In this document: positions 48,247 to 58,908 of the stretch, piece after piece | Numbering within the stretch: position 1 is the stretch's first letter | Layout: the number at the start of each line of letters is the position of its first letter | From: an uncultured Actinomycetes bacterium | GTDB lineage: Bacteria > Actinomycetota > Thermoleophilia > UBA2241 | Reading direction: 5' to 3' | Length of the DNA: 64,000 nt | Assembly (NCBI GenBank): GCA_963709345.1 | Contig: CAVPVX010000011.1 | Coordinates: forward strand, 96,001-160,000 | The notes under the pieces: model-generated | Database searches by the model: none | What the model saw: only the letters and a program-made list of their open reading frames with translations | What the model was told of the DNA's origin: nothing | Program-made: the position numbers and the translations under genes

Positions 48247-49174
48247 AGGCACCGGGTTCGGAAAATCGATCCTCATCGGCGACCAATTCGTGCTTGACGG
48301 AGTCCCGGCGATCGTCTCGGCGATCCCCTTCGAGACCGTGACGACGGTGGAGCGGATCGACGGCGAGGGATGGGTCCTGCAAGACGACCGCGTCGAGGTC
48401 CCCGGCTACAAGGACAGCAAGCGGGAGCAGCAGGGCGAATCCATCGACAGGATCCTCGACGTCATGGGCATCGACGTCAGGGCGACTCCGATCAAGATCA
48501 CGGTCGGCGGAACGCTGCTGGCCGGGAGCGGGGTGGGCGCGAGCGCCGCCATCTGCGTTTCGCTGGCGCGGGCGCTGAACGCGGAGTTCGGCCTGGGCTA
48601 CTCGATCGAGGAGATCAACCGGGTAGCCTGGCAGGGTGAGTTTCCCTATCACGGGGTTGCCAGCGGAGTCGACAATACCGCCTCGACCTACGGCGGGCTT
48701 CTCCTCTTCTGGCTGGAAGATGGGCAGCAGCATTTCGAGAGGATCATGATCCCACGGTCCTTTGAGATAGTCCTGGCCAACAGCGGCGTCACGGTAAATA
48801 CGGCGGCCTTGGACGAGTTCATCGATGAGCAGAAGTCGGGCGATCCGGAGCTGTTCGCGGCGCGTCTCGACGCCATCAGGACCCAGGTCGTCGACATGAA
48901 GAAGGCGCTTGAAGCCGGCGATCTGGAGAGCGTGGGCAGGATCATGTCCGAGAATCACGAGCTCCTGACCGCCATGGGGATGTCCCACGAGACTCTCGAC
49001 CACATGTGCCGAACGGCTCTGGAGAAGGGTGCTCTGGGGGCAAAGGTCACGGGCGGCGGCAGAGGCGGCTACATGGTCTCGTTGACTCCCGGAACAGAGC
49101 TTCAGGATGCGGTCGCATCGGCTTTCGAGGCGGACGGACACAAGGTCATCCGGACGATGATCGGTGGCAGTTGA
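48239..49174 (+). CDS. mvk: Mevalonate kinase-like GHMP kinase
   Basis: GKSILIGDQFV, GSGVGASAA, HGVASGVDNTASTYGG, GAKVTGGGRGG. Confidence 0.78.
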   Translation: MAEGTGFGKSILIGDQFVLDGVPAIVSAIPFETVTTVERIDGEGWVLQDDRVEVPGYKDSKREQQGESIDRILDVMGIDVRATPIKITVGGTLLAGSGVGASAAICVSLARALNAEFGLGYSIEEINRVAWQGEFPYHGVASGVDNTASTYGGLLLFWLEDGQQHFERIMIPRSFEIVLANSGVTVNTAALDEFIDEQKSGDPELFAARLDAIRTQVVDMKKALEAGDLESVGRIMSENHELLTAMGMSHETLDHMCRTALEKGALGAKVTGGGRGGYMVSLTPGTELQDAVASAFEADGHKVIRTMIGGS

Positions 49175-50010
49175 CCGCGCCTGCGTCGAGCGGCCTGCCC
49201 ACCCCACAACGCCTCTTCGCCGGCTACATCTTCGACCTGGACGGGACGGTCTACCTGGGGGAGGCCCTGCTTCCCACGGCGGGTGAGACGCTGAGGGTGC
49301 TGCGCGCTCGCGGTCTGCGCACGATCTTCGTCTCCAACAACCCTACGCATGCGCGCGAGGACTACGCCGAGAAGCTCACTCGCTTGGGCGTGCCGACCTC
49401 CGTCGAGGACGTCTTGACGTCGTCGCTCGTGCTGGTGGACTTCCTCGGTCGGCGCATGCCCGGCGCCCGCCTGTTCGTCGTCGGCGAGGAGCCGCTGTGC
49501 GCGGAGCTGCGCCGTGCCGGGTTCGAGCTGACCGAGCAGGCGTCCAACGTCGATGCGGTGATCGCCAGCTTCGACCGCACCTTCGTCTACGGCAAGCTGC
49601 AGACCGCCTTCGACGCCATCCGGGCCGGAGCGCGCTTCTTCGCCACCAACGCCGACCCCTTCTGCCCGGTCCCCGGCGGCGGTGAGCCTGACTGCGCTGC
49701 CGTCATCGCCGCGATCGAGGCCTGCACCGGAGCGCAGGTCGAAGCGGTGGTCGGCAAGCCGTCCAGCTACATGATCGAGGCCGCGCTGGACCTGATGAGC
49801 CTCCCGGCGGCGGAGTGTCTGATGACGGGCGACCGGCTGGAGACCGACATACTCATGGGCCGGGAAGCAGGCATGTCCACCGCGTTGCCGCTGACGGGTG
49901 CGACTCCCGAATCGGCCTTGGAGGGCTCGTCCATCCGGCCCACCTACGTCCTGCGCCGTCTGAGTGACCTTCTCCCCTCCTCCGCGAATCCACCTTGCAC
50001 CGGCGCATGA
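49171..50010 (+). CDS. HAD-IIA (NagD-like) phosphatase
   Basis: FDLDGTVY, SNN, GKPS, GDRLETDI; TTG start overlaps upstream stop. Confidence 0.9.
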   Translation: MTAPASSGLPTPQRLFAGYIFDLDGTVYLGEALLPTAGETLRVLRARGLRTIFVSNNPTHAREDYAEKLTRLGVPTSVEDVLTSSLVLVDFLGRRMPGARLFVVGEEPLCAELRRAGFELTEQASNVDAVIASFDRTFVYGKLQTAFDAIRAGARFFATNADPFCPVPGGGEPDCAAVIAAIEACTGAQVEAVVGKPSSYMIEAALDLMSLPAAECLMTGDRLETDILMGREAGMSTALPLTGATPESALEGSSIRPTYVLRRLSDLLPSSANPPCTGA

Positions 50011-50028
50011 TGCCGAGAAGGCGGCGTC

Positions 50029-52360
50029 TCAGGTCCAGCGCTTGATGGCCGCATCCGACAAACGGTCGGCGGCCTCGTTGAGGCGCAGGCCCACGACGTC
50101 GAGCCGCCGTAGCAACTCCCGGGACTTGACGACCTCCATGGTGGGCTCGCCGCGGAACAGTCGCCCGAGCTCGACCTCGTAGAGGCGACGGATCTCGTTC
50201 ACCGATTTCTTCGTCGCCAGGGCGGCCGTCATGTCTTTCGGGTCCTGGGCGATCGCCTGGATCGCCAGCTGTAGGTCTTCGATCCCACGGGCGGTGGCAT
50301 CGAGGAGACCGGAGAACCTGCTGGCCGCCGCGACGTCGTACGCGTCCCAGGCGCGCATGAAGTCACGCAGGTTGTCCAGCACGTCATTGATTGAACGCGA
50401 CAGGCGGAAGAGGTCCTCGCGATCGATCGGAGCGACCAGGACCCCCGTGAGCCGGGTGACCAGTTCCGAGCGCATGGCGTCGCCACGATGCTCGATCTCG
50501 GCGATCCGCACGAGGGCGTCGGCAGAGGTGACTCGTCCTTCAGCCACCGAGCGCGCCAACCGGCACGCAGCTGCGGCTTCCGTGAGTTGGGCCTCGAGCG
50601 CGGCGATGACGGCGAGCCGGCTGTGCAGGCAGTCCTTCACCGCGCTGTCCACGGTCAGGTAGAAGTGGTCCTCGCCGAGCAGGTCGAGCAACCCGCTGCG
50701 CTTGAACACGTCGAGCACGGAGGAGCCCACGCGGGCGAAGACGAGATCGCGTCCGCTCTCGCGCAGGTCGTGCACCAGCCGGATGAGCGACTCGGCCGCG
50801 GTGAGGTCCATGTCGGTCGTCGACTCAAGGTTCCAGATCACGACGCGTGGTGGGGGCTCGGTGACGCTCAGGAGCTGGTTCAGGCGGTCGACGGCGAAGC
50901 CCGAGTTGGCGAAGAAGAGCTGCCCGTCCAGGCGGAAGAGGAGCAGGCCGGGGAGGGTCTCGTTCTCGGGATGTCGCGCCAGGTCGCTGTACGTGCGCTC
51001 GTTGGGCACCTGGCCGAGCGCGGCCGCATGCGGCCGGCTCGCGCGGTAGATGAGGATGGCGAGCGAGAGACCGACGGCGATACCCAGGCCCGGCAGCACG
51101 CCCAGCAGCAGCACGCCGAGGAGCGCGGCGAGCGCCGGCGCGACGTCGGTGGCACCGACACTTGCGAACCGGCGCAGCGCCTTCAGGTCGATGAGGCCCC
51201 AAACGGCGCGCACCACGATGGCCCCGAGGATCGCCTCGGGGAGGTCGTGCCCCACTCGTGTGACCAGGAGCAGCACCACGACCATGACGGCGGCGCCGAT
51301 GAGCCCGGCAAGCTGCGACTTGGCGCCGCTCGAGTCGCTGAGCGCCGAGCCCGACAGCCCTCCGCTGACCACGATTCCTCCGAGGACGCCGGAGCCGACG
51401 TTGGCCAGACCGAGGGCGACCATCTCCTGGTTGGCGTCGATCTCGTACCTGTGCCGGATGGCGAAGGTGCGTGCGCCGCTCAGCGCCTCGGCGTAGACCA
51501 CGAAGGCGATGCCGACGGCGCTTGGGAGCAGCCCGGGTATCTCGGCGAGCCGGAAGTCCGGCAGGCCAAGCGACGGGAGACCGCCCGGAATGGAGCCGAC
51601 CATCGCGACGCCGTGCTCACCCAGGTGCAGAGCGGAGGCGGTGGCGATGCCGAGCACGAGGACGGTCAGCGCTCCCGGGATCCTTGGCCAGCGCCGCAGC
51701 GAGAACAGCAGGAGGAGCGCGACGGTGCTCAGGAGGGCGGCCGCGGCGCTCGTTTCGCCGAGATGGGCGATGTCCTGCCAGACGATCCGCACGAAGTTGG
51801 ATGACGACGGCACATGCAGCCCGAGCAGTTTGGGCACCTGGCCGGCGATGATCGTCAAGGCCAGGCCGGTGACGTAGCCGCTGACCACCGGACGCGCGAG
51901 GAACTCCGAGATGAAGCCCAGCCGGCCGATGCCGGCGGTCGAGACTGACAAGCCCCACGAGGATGGCGACCATGGCGACCAGCGTGGCGACCTGCGCAGG
52001 GCCGGTGCCGCCGTGGGCTGCCACGACCGCCGCCGTCATGATGGCGGCGGTCGACGTGGGCGAGCAGGCGATCTGACGGGAGGTCCCGAAGAGCCCGTAG
52101 ACGACCAGGCCGGCCAAGGTCGCGTACAGGCCGGCCTGAGGCGGTGCGCCGGCGATCTGCGCATACGCCATGCTCTCGGGCACGAGCAGGCCGATCACCG
52201 TCAGGGCGGCGATGGTGTCGAATCTCAGCCATCGCCGCTGGTAGGCGCCGGCCCACGCGGTGATCGGCAGCCAGTGATGCAGGCGCGCATGCGGCGCGAC
52301 GCGCGAGGCACCGTTCGCCTGGGAGTTGTGCGCAGGTTTTTCGGAGCGTGCGATGCTCAC
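50029..52360 (-). CDS. SulP anion transporter with STAS domain and fused C-terminal DUF47/PhoU-like domain; frameshift near 51950
   Basis: PESMAYAQIAG..PQAGLY, ANQEMVALG, LFFAN (STAS), then EIEHRGD...PIDREDLFRLSRSINDVLDNLRDF. Confidence 0.85.
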
Positions 52361-52694
52361 TGGCCGTGATCCCGATCGATCGTTCAGTTCTCATGATAGT
52401 ACGAGAGCCACGACTCGCGTGGGTGACGGCGCCCGCCGCTGAGCCCAGGTATCGTATCGAGTGCGCTCTCGAGCGGTCGAGAGGGGCATCGGGGAGCGTG
52501 CCCTCGACGGGTCTCTCGGGAGCGCGAAACGACAGTCGCCTTGGTTCGGGATGATATTCTTTCTGGCAGACGGCGGTGACGCCACTTCGCGACATCGTCA
52601 GTGCTTGCAGGAAGGCGCGTCGGTCACGTCAGCGGCCCGTCACCGTGCCCCTCTCGGGGGCGCGGGCTGCGGCTTGCGGCGGCAGGGGGTCGGC

Positions 52695-53342
52695 ATGACA
52701 GGGTCAGGTCGGTTACGCAGGGCGATCCGCGAGCTCGGACGAGGGGAACGTGCTCCCCTGAGTGCTATTCTCGACCGCCAGCTCGAAGCGACCATCGCCG
52801 CCTGCAGACTGGCGCGAGCCGTGGCGGAGGGAAGCGCCGTCCCGAGCGAAGCCCACGAGCAGATGGCCGAGATCGAGCACGGCGGCGACGTGCTGCGCGG
52901 CGAGCTCGTGACGAGACTCGAGGGGGTGGTGGTCTCTCCCATCGATCGCGAGGATCTCTTCCGTCTCTCTCGCTCGATTGACGACGTGCTCGACAATCTT
53001 CGCGACTTCGTGCGTGAGTGGGACCTGTACGAGATCGACGGCGGCGACTGGTTTCTGGGGATCCTCGATGCCGTCGCGAATGGGGTCGAGGACCTGCGCC
53101 TCGCGGTGCGGACGCTCGCCAGCGACTCGAAAGACACGAGTCAGTGTGCCCTCGCGTCCAAGAAGTCCGCCGGCGAGATCAGGCGCCTGTACGACGCTGA
53201 GGTGGGACGCCTGTTCAGCGGAGAGCTCACCATGGAGGTCCTCAAGTCCCGCGAACTGCTGAGGAGGCTTGATGTCGTGGGCCTGCGTCTCAATGAGGCC
53301 GCCGACGTGCTGTCGGATGCGGCCGTCAAGCGTTGCGGCTGA
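52695..53342 (+). CDS. DUF47/PhoU-like phosphate transport regulator
   Basis: EIEHGGD...SPIDREDLFRLSRSIDDVLDNLRDF...RRLDVVGLRL. Confidence 0.85.
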   Translation: MTGSGRLRRAIRELGRGERAPLSAILDRQLEATIAACRLARAVAEGSAVPSEAHEQMAEIEHGGDVLRGELVTRLEGVVVSPIDREDLFRLSRSIDDVLDNLRDFVREWDLYEIDGGDWFLGILDAVANGVEDLRLAVRTLASDSKDTSQCALASKKSAGEIRRLYDAEVGRLFSGELTMEVLKSRELLRRLDVVGLRLNEAADVLSDAAVKRCG

Positions 53343-53871
53343 GAGGCGAGCGCGACTGATGAGCGGCGAACCTGCCTTGTGTCGAGTGCGGCTCGCTGCA
53401 GGAGACCGGGTGCACCGGACTGACCGCACCTCAGCCGATCGCCAACGCGGCCCGGATGACGTCCTCCATCAATCGGCCGAGTGGTCTGATGTCGTCGGGG
53501 CCCTGACGAGATTCCCGTGGCATCGCCGACCGTCGACAATCTCGGCAGGGCGCTCCTCTTCAGGCGTCCGGGCTTCGATCTGGTCCTAGACGAAGACCGC
53601 TTCGCTCGGCATACTATGGACGAGGTGGAGCGCGGCGACCGCTGCACCGTCGCCAGTAGCTGTATATGGGGCAATCGAGTCGGGGGAGGTGCTCTTGGGA
53701 GCGAGAGCCATGCCGTCGGGGGGCGGCTGTTCGGGTTCATGGTCACGGAGGCCGATCGTCGTCACAGGGGTGTACGCACTGAGGTCGCGGCACTGCCGGG
53801 CCTGATCGGCGTAGGTTCGATATGCTCGCCGTCAACTAGGAGCAGCATACGTAAATCAGAGGGTAGGAGGA

Positions 53872-55025
53872 ATGATGTTCAGTGTCCGTAAGTTGAGTCT
53901 CGTGCTGGCGATGGCGTTGTCGGCAGTGTTACTGGTCGTGGGTGTGGCCGCATGCGGGTCGTCGGACGACACCGGTGCGGCGACGTCGGCGCGTCACGGA
54001 CGCCGCGACGGCGACATCCGTCGCAGACTTCGGCGACATGGACGGCACTTATCGCGGCCGCCAAGGAAGAGGGGACGCTCAACGTGATCGCCCTGCCTCC
54101 GGACTGGGCGAACTACGGCGAGATGATCTCGACCTTCGAGTCCAAGTACGGGATCACGATCAGCTCGGCTCAGCCCGACGGCAGCAGCCAGGATGAGATC
54201 AATGCAGCGACCCAGTTGAAGGGCACGGATCGCGCGCCGGACGTCTTCGACGTGGGCGGCAGCGTGGCCCTCGCCAACCTCAGCGTGTTCGCCCCCTACA
54301 AGTCCGCCATGTGGGACAACATCCCTGACAATCTCAAGGACCCAGATGGTCTGTGGACGAGCAACTACACCGGCTACATGTCGATCGGCTACAACGCCGA
54401 CAAGGTGCCGGAGCCGACCACGATGAACGATCTGCTCAAGCCCGCGTACAAGGGCACGGTCGCCCTCAACGGCAACCCGACGCAGGCATCGGCGGGCTTC
54501 AACGGCGTGGTCATGGCCACGATCGCGAACGGCGGCTCGGCGACGACTTCGCACCCGGGAGTGGACTTCTTCTCGCAGGCTCAACGACGCCGGCAACCTT
54601 CTGCCCGTGGACCCGACTCCGGCTACGATCGCTTCGGGGCAGACGCCGATCGTCATCGACTGGGACTACAACAACGTGGCGCAGACCGCCGCTCTCGAGG
54701 GCAAGGTCGACTGGAAGGTCGTCGTCCCTGCGAACGAGGTCGTCGCCGCGTACTACAACGAGGCGATCAACATCGACGCGCCGCACCCCGCGGCGGCACG
54801 CCTGTGGAAGGAGTTCGTGTTCTCGGCCGAGGGTCAGAACATCTGGCTCAAGGGAGCCGCTCGCCCGGTCCTTATCGACATGATGACGACGGACGGGACG
54901 GTCGATGACGGCGGCACTTGCGATGCTGCCGGTCGTCGAGGGGACACCGGTCGTGCTCACCCAGGCGCAGCTCGAAGCAGGGCAGGACGTACCTGCTCGC
55001 CAACTGGAATAAAGCGGTTCAGTGA
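53872..55025 (+). CDS. ABC substrate-binding lipoprotein (AfuA/PotD-like), several frameshifts
   Basis: Lipobox VAACG, LIAAAKEEGTLNVIALPPDWANYG, APDVFDVG, APHPAAARLW spread over frames; AGGAGG RBS. Confidence 0.82.
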
Positions 55026-55118
55026 CCCAAAGCTCTAACGTTCCCCTGATCTGCTGTCGGGGGCCACGGCCTGGGCGCGGGCGGGGCACCCCCGCCCGCG
55101 CGCCCAGGCCGTGTTCTG

Positions 55119-55976
55119 ATGTCTCTGAGACCGACGACGCGCCAGCTCGGCGTGGTCCCCTTCTTCGTGTACATCGCGGTCTTCCTGCTCTGGCCGACGG
55201 TCCTCGTGATCGCCGGCGCGTTCCGGAGCAGCGATGGCCAGGTGACCCTCGACAACATCAAGACGGTCGTGGGGACCGGCGCCTATCTCCAGGCCTTCTG
55301 GTATTCGATCAAGCTCTCGGTGGTGACTGCCTTGGCCGGTGGCGTGTTCGGTGGGCTGCTGGCCTGGGCGGTCGCGGAGGGTAACCCACACGGCGTGTTT
55401 CGCCGTCAAGCGGTGGCCTGGTCCGGTGTACTCGCCCAGTTCGGCGGCGTGATGCTCGCCTTCGCGTTCCTGGCCACGTTCGGCTACGACGGCGTGATCA
55501 CTCTGGCCCTGCAGCGTGTTGCGGGAGTCGACCCCCTCACCAGCGGCGGGTGGATCTACAGCTTCACCGGCCTCGCAGTCGTCTACACGTTCTTCCAGAT
55601 CCCGCTGATGGTCCTGATCTTTCTCCCGGCGGTCGACGGCCTTCAGGTGCAGTGGCGGGAGGCGTCGGACAACCTCGGCGGGGGCTCCTGGGCCTACTGG
55701 CGGTATGTGGCGGGGCCGATCCTCGCACCCAGCTTCGTGGCCGGACTGCTGCTGCTCTTCGTCAGTGCCTTCTCAGCCTATGCGACGGCCGCCGCCCTCA
55801 TCAGCCAGGGGAGCCCGATCGTGCCCCTGCAGATCCGCACCTTCATGCAGAGCGAGGTGGTCCTTGGCCAGGCCAACGTGGGCAAGGCCCTGGCGTTCGG
55901 CATGGTCGTGGTCGTCGCCGTCGTGATGTCGCTCTACGCCTTGCTGCAGCGAAAGGGTGCAAAGTGGCGCGCTTAG
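55119..55976 (+). CDS. ABC importer permease
   Basis: FQIPLMVL...WREASDNLGG (EAA loop). Confidence 0.9.
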   Translation: MSLRPTTRQLGVVPFFVYIAVFLLWPTVLVIAGAFRSSDGQVTLDNIKTVVGTGAYLQAFWYSIKLSVVTALAGGVFGGLLAWAVAEGNPHGVFRRQAVAWSGVLAQFGGVMLAFAFLATFGYDGVITLALQRVAGVDPLTSGGWIYSFTGLAVVYTFFQIPLMVLIFLPAVDGLQVQWREASDNLGGGSWAYWRYVAGPILAPSFVAGLLLLFVSAFSAYATAAALISQGSPIVPLQIRTFMQSEVVLGQANVGKALAFGMVVVVAVVMSLYALLQRKGAKWRA

Positions 55977-56818
55977 CCAAGGCTCGAAGGACCGGCGGTT
56001 CCCGCCGGACCTGGTCTCGGGCGCTCGTGAGATGGATCGTGCTCACGGTCGTCGGCGCCTACCTGCTGGTGCCCCTTCTGTCCATGCTGGACTTCTCGAC
56101 CCGAGGCGCGGGCTCGGGCCGCACGCTGGAAGCTTGGACGGCCATCGCCAGCTACACCGAACTGGTCAGCGCGATCGCCGTGACGCTCGAGCTTGCCGTG
56201 ATCACCGTCGCGGGGATGCTGTGTCTCCTGGTGCCGACGATGGTGTGGGTCCACCTGCGTCTGCCCGCGGTGCGTCGCGCGATGGAGTTCTTCTGTCTGC
56301 TGCCGTTGACGATTCCGGCCATCGTACTCGTCGTCGGGCTGGCGCCGGTCTTCTCGTGGCTCGCATACTTCTTCGGAGACACTCCGCTGGTGCTGGCGTT
56401 CGTCTTTGTCGTTCTCGTCATGCCGTTCGCCTACCGCGCCATCGACGCGGGGTTGCGGGCCGTGGACATCGGGACCCTGTCGGAGGCCGCCCTCGGTCTG
56501 GGCGCTTCGTGGTGGGGCACCCTGTTCCGGATCGTGATACCGAGTATCCGGGGAGCGCTCCTCTCCGCCGCGGTGCTCTCCATCGCGCTGGTCATGGGCG
56601 AGTACACCATCGCGTCATTGCTCAACTACAACACGCTGCAGGTCGTGCTGTACCAGGTCGGGCTGCGGGACGCCGCGGTGTCCGTTGCGGTGTCGCTGGC
56701 TGCCCTCATATTCGGCTTCATCCTGCTCTTCATCGTGTCCTCCGCGGGCTCTCGGCGTCGCGGTGTGTCTGATGGTGAGGAATCGACTCTTGCGCCCCTG
56801 GAAGGAGGCCTTCAGTAG
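55964..56818 (+). CDS. ABC importer permease
   Basis: LPLTIPAIVLVVG...LSEAALGLGA (EAA loop). Confidence 0.9.
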   Translation: MARLAKARRTGGSRRTWSRALVRWIVLTVVGAYLLVPLLSMLDFSTRGAGSGRTLEAWTAIASYTELVSAIAVTLELAVITVAGMLCLLVPTMVWVHLRLPAVRRAMEFFCLLPLTIPAIVLVVGLAPVFSWLAYFFGDTPLVLAFVFVVLVMPFAYRAIDAGLRAVDIGTLSEAALGLGASWWGTLFRIVIPSIRGALLSAAVLSIALVMGEYTIASLLNYNTLQVVLYQVGLRDAAVSVAVSLAALIFGFILLFIVSSAGSRRRGVSDGEESTLAPLEGGLQ

Positions 56819-57966
56819 TGACTTCCGAGATCGAAACGACCGGAGGCGTGGATCGCTCCACGCGATCGGGCGTCGCACTGCAGTTGGTCGAGCTCTACCG
56901 ATCGTGGGGGGCCGTTCACGCTCTCGACGGGCTGTCCCTCGACATCGCGGCGGGCGAGCTCGTCGCCTTCCTTGGGCCTTCCGGCTGCGGCAAGACCACG
57001 GCACTGAGGATCATCGCAGGGCTGGACGATGCCGATTCAGGCGAGGTTCTCGTGGAGGGCGAGGACATCTGCCGCGTCCGCGCAAGTCGGCGCGGCATGG
57101 GCATGGTCCATCAGGCCTACAGCTTGTTCCCCAACATGACGGCACGCGACAACGTCGCCTTCGGACTGCTGATGCGGAAGGTGGGCAAGGCGGAGAGGCA
57201 TCGTCGCGCGAACGACCTGCTCGAGCTTGTGGGCCTGGCTGCGCAGGCCGGCCGCTACCCCAGTGAGATGTCCGGTGGGCAGCAGCAACGTGTTGCGCTG
57301 GCTCGGGCCCTCGCCATCGAGCCGAGGGTCCTGCTCCTTGACGAGCCGCTGTCCGCGCTCGATGCCAAGGTGCGCGGCGAACTCCGTGACGAGATCCGGC
57401 GCATCCAGGTCGAGGTGGGCACCACGACCATCTTCGTGACACACGACCAGGAAGAGGCGTTTGCTCTCGCCGACCGGGTCGCGGTGATGAACCTCGGCCG
57501 GCTCGAGCAGGTGGCGCCGCCCACGGAGATCTACCAGAGGCCGCGGACGGCGTTCGTGGCCGAATTCGTCGGTCTGACCAACCGGCTGCCGGGAACGGCG
57601 AAGGGCGGCATGGTCGACGTGCTCGATAGCCGTGTGCCTCTGCTCGATGGGTCCGCGGAGTCCGGCGAGGTGACGGTGCTTGTGCGGCCCGAATCGATAC
57701 AGGTCGCGTCGTCCCCCGAGGGCAACGCGACGGTGGCCGCGCTGAGCTTCCGAGGGCCGATCTGCCTGCTTCGGATCCGGCTCGCGGCCGGCGGGGACCT
57801 GGTGCTCGTGCAGGTGCCGAGCGCGGAGAGCGCGGAGCTCACCGTCGGCGCCTCCGTGCGCGCGACGATGCGTGCGGCGCCGGTGCTCGCCGTAGCCGCG
57901 GCACCCGAAAGGGATGAGCGGTCGGGCGCCGGCGAGCGATTGGCGGAGTCGCTGCAGGAAGCGTAA
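56818..57966 (+). CDS. ABC importer ATP-binding protein (PotA/FbpC-like with TOBE domain)
   Basis: GPSGCGKTT, MSGGQQQR, LLDEPLSALD. Confidence 0.93.
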   Translation: MTSEIETTGGVDRSTRSGVALQLVELYRSWGAVHALDGLSLDIAAGELVAFLGPSGCGKTTALRIIAGLDDADSGEVLVEGEDICRVRASRRGMGMVHQAYSLFPNMTARDNVAFGLLMRKVGKAERHRRANDLLELVGLAAQAGRYPSEMSGGQQQRVALARALAIEPRVLLLDEPLSALDAKVRGELRDEIRRIQVEVGTTTIFVTHDQEEAFALADRVAVMNLGRLEQVAPPTEIYQRPRTAFVAEFVGLTNRLPGTAKGGMVDVLDSRVPLLDGSAESGEVTVLVRPESIQVASSPEGNATVAALSFRGPICLLRIRLAAGGDLVLVQVPSAESAELTVGASVRATMRAAPVLAVAAAPERDERSGAGERLAESLQEA

Positions 57967-58131
57967 CGGCGAGACGCCCTGAGCGTCGCGGAACGGAGCT
58001 CGTGAGGAGTACCGTCTTGCCGGCGCCGCGCTCATCTCCGGAAGCAGGACCAAGGTGCGCCACGATCACTCGGCGATGCTATCGGCCGTGGCGGTCCGCG
58101 CCTCGCGCGCCGAGCGACCATCCGCGGCCGG

Positions 58132-58908
58132 CTACTGAAGCTCGCCGTCCACCAGGCGCAGCACCTGCCCGTCACTCGTCATGAGCCGCTGATCGTGCGT
58201 CACGACGAGGACGCTGCGACCCTCACGCGAGGCGATATCGCGAAACAGCTCCAGGATCTGGCTCCCGCTCGCTGAGTCGAGGTTCGCGGTGGGTTCGTCG
58301 GCGAGGATCAGTGGCGGATCGTTGATGAGCGCCCGCGCCATGGCCACGCGCTGCTTCTCACCGGCCGAGAGTTCCTCCGGGCGGTGCGTCAGACGGTGCC
58401 CCAGACCGAGCTGCTCCAGGAGCCCCGCGGCGCGGCGGTTCCGCTTGCGGCGCGACAGAGCGGCCAGGGAACCCGGCAGCGCCACGTTCTCCAGAGCGCT
58501 GAGCGCCGGGAAGAGGTTGAAGGACTGGAAGACGAAGCCGATACGCAGCAGGCGCAGGCGCGCGAGGTCGGCGTTGCCGAGCTTGCCGAGCGACTTGCCT
58601 TCGAGTCTCACCTCGCCGGTCGAGGGCGACAGCATGGCGCCGGCGATCATCAGCAGCGTGGTCTTGCCGGAGCCGGACGGCCCCATGATCAGCGAGACCT
58701 GACCCGGGAAGAGCCGCAGGTCGACGCCTCGCACCGCCCGGACCTTGGCCGCCCCCCTGCCGTAGGTCTTGGTCACGCCGCGAAGCTCGAGCAAGGGCTC
58801 GGCCTGGCCTTCGGCCATGGCTACAGCCTCGGCCACGTGCCCGCCGATCTTGCGCACGTGGAACTGCGCTGCCCTCTCAGCCCTCTCGCTGCCGATCCGC
58901 CGGCTCAT
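58132..58908 (-). CDS. ABC ATP-binding protein (LolD/MacB-type)
   Basis: GPSGSGKTT, LSAGEKQR, ADEPTANLD. Confidence 0.92.
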   Translation of the reverse strand: MSRRIGSERAERAAQFHVRKIGGHVAEAVAMAEGQAEPLLELRGVTKTYGRGAAKVRAVRGVDLRLFPGQVSLIMGPSGSGKTTLLMIAGAMLSPSTGEVRLEGKSLGKLGNADLARLRLLRIGFVFQSFNLFPALSALENVALPGSLAALSRRKRNRRAAGLLEQLGLGHRLTHRPEELSAGEKQRVAMARALINDPPLILADEPTANLDSASGSQILELFRDIASREGRSVLVVTHDQRLMTSDGQVLRLVDGELQ

